From NCBI GenBank assembly GCA_047631715.1, contig JBLICC010000015.1:1-20300 (forward strand): a stretch of DNA of 20,300 nucleotides, given 5' to 3'. Under the pieces are notes generated by a model. The model worked only from the letters and a program-made list of their open reading frames with translations. It was not told the origin of the DNA and did no database searches. Shown here in pieces: positions 7,662-15,059 of this stretch; within the stretch, counting starts at the first letter, position 1; each line of letters opens with the position of its first letter. Made by a program: the position numbers and the translations under genes. The DNA comes from Alteromonas naphthalenivorans (GTDB lineage: Bacteria > Babelota > Babeliae > Babelales > CAIQNR01).

Positions 7662-8557
7662 AAATAGCCAAAGGCTAATAGGGCGCAAGAAATTAAACCG
7701 GAAAAAAGAAGGACTTCTTTTTTGGTCCACCCTTTAGCTATTAAATATAGACAGTAATGGTCTGGGCTGCCGTAGTAAAACGGCTTTCTTTTGTATGTCC
7801 TTATAGCAATAAGAGCAACCCCCTCCAGAAGAGGAATCGCTAATACAATGCAAGGAACCAAAAATCCTGTAAAACTATGAAAGCCCCAATTAAAAAAGAA
7901 AGGGATAACGGCAAGAAAGCCTCCTACAAAAAGAGCCCCTGCGTCTCCTAAATAAATCTTTGCTGGAGGTTTGTTGTAATAAAAAAAACCACCAAGGCTC
8001 CCTAAAAAAGCGCTTAATAAAATTGTTACGACTGGTAAATTAAAAAGTAGGCCAAAGATTAAGAAAGTAGCTGTTGCACAAAGAGCCAAAAGCGTAGCCA
8101 ACCCATCCATAACATCAACAAGATTAAAAGCATTAACAATGCTTAAAATCCAAAAAAAAGATAAGAAAGCATTTCCGCTAGAAGACAGGAAGTTTTCTTT
8201 TAAAGAAAATCCTGCAATCAAAAAACTTGCCGCTGCTATCATCTGCCCTAGAAGTTTTTGAAAAGGGGTGGTTACCCACAAATCATCAATAAGCCCCAGT
8301 GTCAATAAAATAGCAAGGCCTAAAATAAAAAATAATAAATAGTTCTGAATGGGTAAAAAAAGAAAAAAAGAGACAAGAAATCCTAAAAAAATAGCGACAC
8401 CGCCCAAATAAGGTACTGGCTCTTTCTGCCGCTTTATTTTTCCGTCTGGAGAATCGACAATCTTATTTCTAAAAGCAATCACTCTTAAAAGAGGAGTAAT
8501 ATAAACAACAGAAACAAGCGAAACTAAAAAAGCTCCCACAGTCGAAAGAATCAACAC
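7493..8557 (-). CDS. Polyprenyl-phosphate N-acetylhexosamine-1-phosphate transferase (WecA/TagO/MraY, glycosyltransferase family 4)
   Basis: Polytopic membrane protein with PVPYLGG, GLIDD, NAFNLVDVMDGL, YNKPPAKIYLGDAG; GTG start with GAAGGAG RBS. Confidence 0.9.
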   Translation of the reverse strand: MLILSTVGAFLVSLVSVVYITPLLRVIAFRNKIVDSPDGKIKRQKEPVPYLGGVAIFLGFLVSFFLFLPIQNYLLFFILGLAILLTLGLIDDLWVTTPFQKLLGQMIAAASFLIAGFSLKENFLSSSGNAFLSFFWILSIVNAFNLVDVMDGLATLLALCATATFLIFGLLFNLPVVTILLSAFLGSLGGFFYYNKPPAKIYLGDAGALFVGGFLAVIPFFFNWGFHSFTGFLVPCIVLAIPLLEGVALIAIRTYKRKPFYYGSPDHYCLYLIAKGWTKKEVLLFSGLISCALLAFGYFVAFGLLSLGQTLAISVAGFIFLLICVYSPFVSRKATPKNVAFYKLSVAKGKEPLV

Positions 8558-8596
8558 TACTTCTCCTTCTTGCCTTTTTTTGCTAGAAGAACAACC

Positions 8597-10672
8597 CTAT
8601 GCTTGCGAAACAGGTAACTCCAAGTAACACTCTACAATGTCATCAACTTGCCATTCATCGAACCCATCGACAAGGAAAGCACATTCAAAACCTGTGTGAA
8701 CCTCTTTAACTACCTTTTTGTCTCGCTGCAAACTCTTGATCTTGCCTTTTCCTACATCTCGACGACCACGCTTAACAACAACTTCTCCTGTTGCAGCAAA
8801 GCGGCCTTCTCTCACTTGACACCCTGCAATAACCCCAAGTTTTTTAATATCAAAAACCTTAAGAACGATTGCTTCTCCAACCTTAGTAAGCTTTGTTTCT
8901 TTTTTCTTGTCTTTTTTCAAACGACCTTCGAGAGATTCAAAGACTTTGTAAATAATTTGGAAAAGCTGAAGATCAACATTGGCCTTACGCGCATAAGAAA
9001 GCGCGCCGCTATCGGCTTTAACATAAAATCCAACTATCGCTGCTGATGTTGTCTCTGCAAGAATAGCATCACTTTCCGATACATTTCCAACGCCAGAATG
9101 AACTATAAAAAACGATTTGTCGCCTGCTTTTGATAACTTATCAACGCCATCAATTAAAGCCTCTAAAGAAGAGTTAGTATCCGCCTTAACAATTAAGGGA
9201 ACAGTTTCTTTTCCTGCAACCGAAGCCAGTCTAGCTGATAAAGATGCTCGAGCCTGCTTCTCGCCGCGACCGCGACGATACTCTTCCTGTTCAATAACTC
9301 TAAAAAGCTCACCTATAGAAGGTAAAACATCAAATCCTGTTACAGATACCGGAGTAGACGGCCCAACTTCTTTGCGTCGAGCCCCTGTGGAATCAGTTAA
9401 AGATGTAACTTTCCCTTTCACGGTTCCTGCGCTAAAAAAATCACCTACTTTTAATGTGCCCTGCCGACACAAAACAGTCGCAATTGGACCTCGCCCTTTT
9501 TCGAGCTTTGATTCTAGAATGTAACCTTGTGCAGGAGTGTTTTTTACAGCTTTTAATTCCATAAGTTCTGTTTGCAAAGCAACCATCTCAAGGAGATGAT
9601 CTACGCCTTCGCCTGTCTTTGCAGACAAGGGAGCACAAACAATATCTCCGCCCCATTCTTCTGGAAGCAGATCATGCTGCGTAAGCTGCCGCTTAACAAT
9701 TTCAAGTCGAGCCTTGTCGACCTTATCTATCTTGTTTATCGCAACAATCAAAGGAAGCTTCAATTCTTTTATGGCTTTTATAGATTCCACTGTCTGAGGC
9801 ATAATGCCATCATCTGCCGCAATAACAAGAATTGCCTTGTCTGCCACAGAGGCCCCTCTTTTGCGAATCTTAGAAAAAGCAGCATGTCCAGGAGTATCAA
9901 GAAACACCAAATTTCCATGGGCTGTTTCAGCCTCGTATGCCCCTAGATGCTGGGTGATTCCACCTTTTTCTCGTGTTGCAATACGAGTTTTTCGTATGTA
10001 ATCAAGAAGAGATGTTTTTCCATGATCAACGTGCCCCATAACCACAACAACAGGGAGTCTTGACTCTCCTGTTTTTGCTTCTTTAGGCTTCTCGGAATCA
10101 ATCTGCCCAATAAGAACTTGTTTTGGTTTTGAAGTTGGAACAATTGTTTCTATTCCGTGCAGCTCTGAAATTTCTATAACCTTTTCAGCGGGTAGAATAT
10201 AATTTCTTGTACAAACTTGCCCTTGCCTCAACAATGCAACAATTACGTCTCCAACAGGAGTTCCTGTTTTTTCTGAAAAATCACCCACGCTCATAGCTTG
10301 CACAACGAGAGGAGACTCCACCAAAGAAGGAGCTTCTTTTTCTTTTTCTCTCGAAGAAAAAGCTCTATGGGCTTTTCTTGCTCGAGGAGACATCTTTCGC
10401 TTGCCCTTCGTTGATGCGCTTTGTCGCTTTGGAGGAATCGAAGTTGATTGAGAGCGAGAAGTATTTTTATTTTTTTCCACTGAACCTACCTGTTGCTGCT
10501 TTTCTGGAGCTGCTTTTTTTTGAATTGGTGAATATTTTTTACTAAGAAAAGCAAGTCCATCTTCTGGAATAACTGACATATGACTTTTAAGAATAATCCC
10601 CTCGCTCTTGAGTTCATCAAGAAGAGTCTTACTGGAAACGTCATATTTTTTGGCAAACTCATATATTCGCAT
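8597..10672 (-). CDS. infB: Translation initiation factor IF-2
   Basis: IF2-N (MRIYEFAK), GHVDHGKT, GGITQH, DTPGH, NKID, IVKAD, and the C2 domain IAGCQV/SLQR..EV..GFEC; directly downstream of nusA. Confidence 0.98.
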   Translation of the reverse strand: MRIYEFAKKYDVSSKTLLDELKSEGIILKSHMSVIPEDGLAFLSKKYSPIQKKAAPEKQQQVGSVEKNKNTSRSQSTSIPPKRQSASTKGKRKMSPRARKAHRAFSSREKEKEAPSLVESPLVVQAMSVGDFSEKTGTPVGDVIVALLRQGQVCTRNYILPAEKVIEISELHGIETIVPTSKPKQVLIGQIDSEKPKEAKTGESRLPVVVVMGHVDHGKTSLLDYIRKTRIATREKGGITQHLGAYEAETAHGNLVFLDTPGHAAFSKIRKRGASVADKAILVIAADDGIMPQTVESIKAIKELKLPLIVAINKIDKVDKARLEIVKRQLTQHDLLPEEWGGDIVCAPLSAKTGEGVDHLLEMVALQTELMELKAVKNTPAQGYILESKLEKGRGPIATVLCRQGTLKVGDFFSAGTVKGKVTSLTDSTGARRKEVGPSTPVSVTGFDVLPSIGELFRVIEQEEYRRGRGEKQARASLSARLASVAGKETVPLIVKADTNSSLEALIDGVDKLSKAGDKSFFIVHSGVGNVSESDAILAETTSAAIVGFYVKADSGALSYARKANVDLQLFQIIYKVFESLEGRLKKDKKKETKLTKVGEAIVLKVFDIKKLGVIAGCQVREGRFAATGEVVVKRGRRDVGKGKIKSLQRDKKVVKEVHTGFECAFLVDGFDEWQVDDIVECYLELPVSQA

Positions 10673-10706
10673 ATACCCATCAACTCTTGCGACCTCTTAC
10701 AAAGCT

Positions 10707-11759
10707 TTAAAGCTCTTCGCTTAGCCTTTGCTCAAGATCTTTTGTGTCGCTCTGAACAAGCTCAATCTTAACTCCCGTTAACTGAGCACCCAGAGCAATA
10801 TTTTGTCCCATCTTTCCTATAGCCAACGAACGCTGATCGTCATCAAGCCAAACTTGCGCAAAAGATCCGTCGTCCGAAAGCTCAACTCTGTTTATTTCTG
10901 CCGGCTTCAAGCTACTTCGAACCAAAGTCTCTATGTCGCTTGTCCACGAAACAATATCAACTTTTTCGTTACCTAGTTCTTTGAGGATCGGCTTAATCCG
11001 AACCCCTCCTACTCCAACACATGTCCCTACAGGATCGATATTGGAATCATTCGAAGAAACAGCAACCTTAGTTTTGTAACCGGGAATTCTAACTATTTTT
11101 CTTATTTCTACTAATTTTTCAAATACTTCTGGTATCTCTAATCCAAAAAGAGCCTCTACAAAAACATCTGATGAACGATCTAAGATGAGCTGGTTTTCGT
11201 TACGAGGAACTTCTAGAACTTCCTTCAGCATGGCTCTTATCGGATACCCAACAGGAAGCTTTTCTCCTGGTATGCCCAATGACTTAGGCAAGAAAGCCAG
11301 ATACTCTTGAAGTTTAACCATGGTGCCACTGCGCTCAGCTTTATGAATCGTCCCTTGCAGGATAGATCCTTCCTTGCTCTTGAACTCGTTATAAACTGCT
11401 GCGCTTTCTATTTGGCGAATTTTTTGAGCAATGACCTGCTTGGCCCTTAAGATCTCAATTCGACCAATAGCTCCCTCAAAGGGAACCCATAACATTTGCT
11501 CTGTAGTAGCCTTAGGATCCAGCCCTCTCGCTTTTCTCAAACTAATTTGAGTGTCTTCGTCTTCAACTGAAGAGACAATATTTTTTTCTGACTCAACGAC
11601 CAATGAGTCCGTTTTTTTGTTGAGAGAAACCCTAAAATGCAATTCCGGATACCGCTTTTCGTAAGCAGATAGCATTCCTTCACATACAATGTCGTTTAAG
11701 ACCTCTTTTTCTAGGCCTCGCTCGTCGACTAAAGCTTCTATAACATCTGAAAGACTCAC
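10707..11759 (-). CDS. nusA: Transcription termination/antitermination factor NusA
   Basis: GRI...AKQVI.QKIR, S1 domain, LFGLEIPE, RIPGYKTKVAV, DPVGTCVG, EKVDIV, SLAIGKMGQN; GTG start with GGGGA RBS; no C-terminal acidic repeats. Confidence 0.98.
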   Translation of the reverse strand: MSLSDVIEALVDERGLEKEVLNDIVCEGMLSAYEKRYPELHFRVSLNKKTDSLVVESEKNIVSSVEDEDTQISLRKARGLDPKATTEQMLWVPFEGAIGRIEILRAKQVIAQKIRQIESAAVYNEFKSKEGSILQGTIHKAERSGTMVKLQEYLAFLPKSLGIPGEKLPVGYPIRAMLKEVLEVPRNENQLILDRSSDVFVEALFGLEIPEVFEKLVEIRKIVRIPGYKTKVAVSSNDSNIDPVGTCVGVGGVRIKPILKELGNEKVDIVSWTSDIETLVRSSLKPAEINRVELSDDGSFAQVWLDDDQRSLAIGKMGQNIALGAQLTGVKIELVQSDTKDLEQRLSEEL

Positions 11760-11818
11760 GTAATCATTCCCCGCAGAATTGGTTGTTTTTCTAAAAATTG
11801 AAAATCTCTATATAAGAC

Positions 11819-11827
11819 ATTTTAGCA
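11819..11827 (-). promoter_or_regulatory. Candidate extended -10 promoter for nusA-infB (TGCTAAAAT)
   Basis: TGn-TAAAAT 59 nt upstream of the nusA start, firing away from the origin. Confidence 0.45.
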
Positions 11828-11900
11828 GAATTGAAAAAAATTAAAAGAGATTCCCTTTTTTTAGGAAAAGAATTAAAAAAGAAATTTTAGAAAACAAGAA

Positions 11901-11970
11901 GAGCTTATTCTTAATTCCTAAGTAATATTATAAATACAATAATAATAAGCTCCGAGCAAAATGTGGATAA
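11901..11970 (-). promoter_or_regulatory. Putative DNA-unwinding element: DnaA box, GC-rich spacer, DnaA-trios, AT-rich tract
   Basis: Box 11962-11970, GCTCCGAGC 11949-11957, CAA-TAA-TAA-TAA 11937-11948 (3'-AAT-5' trios), then an AT-rich tract. Confidence 0.65.
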
Positions 11971-12028
11971 CTTGTTGTTTTTTTGACTGATTAAAGCCTG
12001 TAGATTGGCTATTGGGGTCAAACTAGAG

Positions 12029-12070
12029 TGTGGATAAGTGGTGGATAACCTGTGGATAACTTGTGGATAA
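12029..12070 (-). repeat. Left DnaA-box array (4 boxes, 11-bp period)
   Basis: TGTGGATAA-GT-GGTGGATAA-CC-TGTGGATAA-CT-TGTGGATAA. Confidence 0.95.
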
Positions 12071-12181
12071 CTTTTTTGGCAATCTCGATTTCATTATCCC
12101 AAGAGGGTATCCAAGGGGTCGTTTTTAGTTGTTTGCTTTAGGAGGCTGTATTAAGGGGGTCAGAGAAGGGGCCTCCTTGAG

Positions 12182-12223
12182 TTATCCACAAGTTATCCAC
12201 CACTTATCCACAGGTTATCCACA
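12182..12223 (+). repeat. Right DnaA-box array (4 boxes, 11-bp period)
   Basis: TTATCCACA-AG-TTATCCACC-AC-TTATCCACA-GG-TTATCCACA. Confidence 0.95.
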
Positions 12224-12424
12224 ATTTCTATGATGAAATATGCCTTTTCTGTACGTCGTAATAAAAATAGAATTAAAATTCAATCTGTCTTTTTGAAGAA
12301 TTAATATAAGTATTTTTTAGATTATCGACAAAAATATTCAATTTTGAGCGGTTCCTGAGAATATGTGCTGGGCGGTAGACAGGAAAAAGATAGATATCTT
12401 TATAGGTTAGCGCTTAGCCCCCTT

Positions 12425-13717
12425 TTACTCCGACAAGTAGATGCGTAAAAAATTTATCCAGCTTTGATTCGATAAGGTGAAGGCTGCTCTATGGTATGAG
12501 GAATAGATTTGTTTTTCTGGGAAGTATATAGAAATGCCGGTTGCAAGTGCTTTCTTTGTGCCGGCTTTGTTAGCCACGACTGTTTCTTTGATAAGAAGGC
12601 AGCCGTTTATTAGCTCTTGACGTAAGCTTTTTAAGAGCGTGTTGCTTTTTTCATCAAGGAGCGCTATTTGAGAAGCATTAGATAGAAGGTTTTTATAAAA
12701 ATGGTGCAGGTCGATAAAGTCTGGCTCGTCAAAATGAGTGCAGTAGTGCTTGTTGCGGCTTGCCTTTAAGGCCCTGCGAAAAACATTGCTTTGTTGTTGC
12801 TTTAGGAGGCTTGTAAGGTGTTGCGCAACGCTGTGCACATTTTGTTCTAGCTCTGAGAGCACGCTAAGGTTTATTGCAGATTGGGTATAGTCGTCTGTTT
12901 TTTGGTAGCTTTTCGCATAGCTATTTACAATATGCAAACTAAGGGTTCTCGGGGAAATATTTCCAAGCAAAAAAGGAGCAAAGACTCTTGCATAATTCCA
13001 GCCTGTTCCAAGTTCTACTTCTTGAGACCCTACCATGTATGTTGCGTAGTTTTTTATAGAGCTTCCCACTTCAATCATCGACATAAGACAAGCGTCGAAC
13101 CCTATCAAATCAAACTTTTTTTTGCACAAAGATGTTGCGCAAATTGTTTCAAGGGCGCTTTGGAGATCTTTCTCGCTAAGGAATGTGCCTTCTGAGTCGT
13201 CAAAACAGACTCCCTTTAAGATATGTTGCTTTTTGCGAGAAATGTTTTTAAGGAGAAGGGTTGTGTGTTGCGATTGGGGATGTTGTTGTGTGGGTGCGTA
13301 CGAAAAAATACTAGATGTTATGTTCCTAAAGCATGGCTCTATTGCTCCAGTTCCATGGTCCCAAAGGATGAGAGAATAGTTTTCTGCAGGGTAGTTTTGT
13401 ATTGTTTCGGCACAAAACTGTATGAGCTCATGTTTGATGTTAAATGTTCGTCTATTTGGTTTGGTTTCTCTTAGAAGAGTGCTTTCGTTTTTTTTAATAA
13501 ACAGTGTTTTTGTTTTATTTTCGCGGCAGTGCATATAGACAATAATATTTATATGTTCGTTTGAGCCCACATGCTCCATCTGTTTTATATTAAGAGAGGC
13601 GAAGGGGTCTAGGTCGTTGTTTCTTTCCATAAACACCATAAAAGTATGCGGCTTTATGTTTATAGCTATTGAGGCATTAAAGGTTAGCGAAAAAAAAAGC
13701 AATCCTGTTTTGTTCAC
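12425..13717 (-). CDS. Secreted clostripain-family cysteine peptidase (C11), copy 2
   Basis: Signal peptide; NNDL; catalytic His in LILWDHGTG and Cys in GFDACLMSMIEV; MVGSQEVE; GISIYFP; GTG start with GGGGAG RBS. Confidence 0.92.
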   Translation of the reverse strand: MNKTGLLFFSLTFNASIAINIKPHTFMVFMERNNDLDPFASLNIKQMEHVGSNEHINIIVYMHCRENKTKTLFIKKNESTLLRETKPNRRTFNIKHELIQFCAETIQNYPAENYSLILWDHGTGAIEPCFRNITSSIFSYAPTQQHPQSQHTTLLLKNISRKKQHILKGVCFDDSEGTFLSEKDLQSALETICATSLCKKKFDLIGFDACLMSMIEVGSSIKNYATYMVGSQEVELGTGWNYARVFAPFLLGNISPRTLSLHIVNSYAKSYQKTDDYTQSAINLSVLSELEQNVHSVAQHLTSLLKQQQSNVFRRALKASRNKHYCTHFDEPDFIDLHHFYKNLLSNASQIALLDEKSNTLLKSLRQELINGCLLIKETVVANKAGTKKALATGISIYFPEKQIYSSYHRAAFTLSNQSWINFLRIYLSE

Positions 13718-13726
13718 TCTCCCCCC

Positions 13727-15028
13727 TTATATTATTTCCTGAAGGAGAGTTAGCCAGCTATATGATTTAGCAAAAGGAGTTATTACATAAGAAGTTTCTA
13801 TCATGCGAGAAGGAAAGTAGACAGACAGCCCTTTTGCCTGGTGAAGATTTCTTCCACAGCAATTTGCAATGACGCAATCAAGCAGATCTGTTTTTGCCTT
13901 ATCTATTTCTGTGTATAAAGATTTCTGCAGGGAAAATGTTTCTTCTTTAAGGGCCATAAAGCCAAGAGCTTCTTGTAGGTTTGATAAGAAGTGGTGTAAG
14001 TCTATGTAGCTTGGCTCGGAAAAATGAGTACAAAGCCTTCTCGACTTGCTTGCTTTAATGAGCCGAGTAACGGTATTGTTTTTTTGATTTTCAAGGGCAT
14101 ACAGTAAAAGGTTTGTTACTTTTTCTAAGGAGTATTCTAGGGCTTCTAGTTTGTCTAATTGAATTGTTGATAAAGTGTAGTCGTAAGTTATTGATTTATA
14201 ATAATTATGATAAGAGGCTGTGATATGTTTACAGAGGCGTTCTGGGGATAATGCTTGTGTCGCAAAAGGCTCAAGTATTTTATTGTATGGCCACCCAATT
14301 CCTAGTTCTATTTCTTGAGACCCAACCATGTAATCAGCATACGGCCGAATTAAGTTTCCTACTTCTATCATAGACATGAGGCACGCATCGAACCCTACGA
14401 TGTCTATTTTTTTCCCTCCGAGGAGCTTTAAAGAAACTTCTCGAAGCGCGTATTGTAGTTTTTGATTTGTTAAGTAAGTTCCATATGTGTCTCCAAAGCA
14501 TACGCCTCGAGGCTGTTGTTGCTTTAGGTAGTCAAAGAAGTCGATACTTCTATTAAGTTCGAGCATGTTTGTTTCGTGGTTAAAAGCAAATAGTTCGGAT
14601 GCGCTCGAGGCCCTGCCTCCAATATTGTCTAAAACTCCTATTCCATGGTTCCATAAAATAAGTGCATAGTGGTCTGCAGGATAATCTTTAATAGCCCATT
14701 CACAAGCGTCGATAAGAGTGAGAGCGCTTCCAAAATCTAGTTTTTGTTGTGAGGATGGATGATTACGGTTTACCTGTATCATTTTATTTTTTTCAATAAA
14801 AAGCCGTTTTGTTTTTTCATGTGCACCTTGCCCGTCAAGCTGAACAATAACGTTTAGGTGTTTTGTTGATCCTACCTTTTTCATGTCATCTATGTTTCTT
14901 CTTGCAAAATAGGCGAGGTCGTTGTCTCCTGCTATGTAGACTAATACGGTCATATGTTTTTTTTGTTTAACTAAGCCCAAAAGAGAGAGAGGGGAAAGTG
15001 TTAGCAATAACAATAAAGTCTTTTTCAT
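13727..15028 (-). CDS. Secreted clostripain-family cysteine peptidase (C11), copy 1
   Basis: VYIAGDNDL, LILWNHGIG, GFDACLMSMIEV, MVGSQEIE, GLSVYFP. Start moved from 15127 to ATG 15028 (MKKTLLLLLTLSPLSLLG signal peptide, AAGGGA RBS, removes the overlap with ComEC). Confidence 0.92.
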   Translation of the reverse strand: MKKTLLLLLTLSPLSLLGLVKQKKHMTVLVYIAGDNDLAYFARRNIDDMKKVGSTKHLNVIVQLDGQGAHEKTKRLFIEKNKMIQVNRNHPSSQQKLDFGSALTLIDACEWAIKDYPADHYALILWNHGIGVLDNIGGRASSASELFAFNHETNMLELNRSIDFFDYLKQQQPRGVCFGDTYGTYLTNQKLQYALREVSLKLLGGKKIDIVGFDACLMSMIEVGNLIRPYADYMVGSQEIELGIGWPYNKILEPFATQALSPERLCKHITASYHNYYKSITYDYTLSTIQLDKLEALEYSLEKVTNLLLYALENQKNNTVTRLIKASKSRRLCTHFSEPSYIDLHHFLSNLQEALGFMALKEETFSLQKSLYTEIDKAKTDLLDCVIANCCGRNLHQAKGLSVYFPSRMIETSYVITPFAKSYSWLTLLQEII

Positions 15029-15059
15029 TCTAGTCCCTTTTTTTACAGAAGATTTCTCT

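Larger units (their letters stand above)
11880..12345. other. Chromosomal replication origin (oriC)
   Basis: Ten DnaA boxes. Reverse orientation: TGTGGATAA at 11962, 12029, 12051, 12062 and GGTGGATAA at 12040. Forward orientation: TTATCCACA at 12182, 12204, 12215, TTATCCACC at 12193 and TTATCGACA at 12322. AT-rich flanks, a 665-bp ORF-free gap, and a plus strand that is C-rich to the left and G-rich to the right. Confidence 0.92.

Noticed and set aside
810..7730. Short ORFs at 810, 2669, 4305, 4798, 6471, 6607, 6734 and 7524
   Set aside because: All are nested in longer, well-supported CDSs with no independent evidence.
8648..10771. Short alternative-frame and antisense ORFs over infB/nusA (8648, 9117, 9572, 9804, 9943, 10486, 10580)
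   Set aside because: Shadows of conserved genes, with no recognisable motifs or RBS.
12094..12115. Extra DnaA boxes TTATCCCAA and GTATCCAAG in the spacer
   Set aside because: Two or more mismatches. They may be low-affinity sites but are not supportable from sequence alone.
12029..12223. CRISPR array or plasmid iterons
   Set aside because: The units are 9-bp DnaA boxes with 2-bp gaps. There are no unique spacers and no cas or rep gene, and the flanks are core chromosomal genes.
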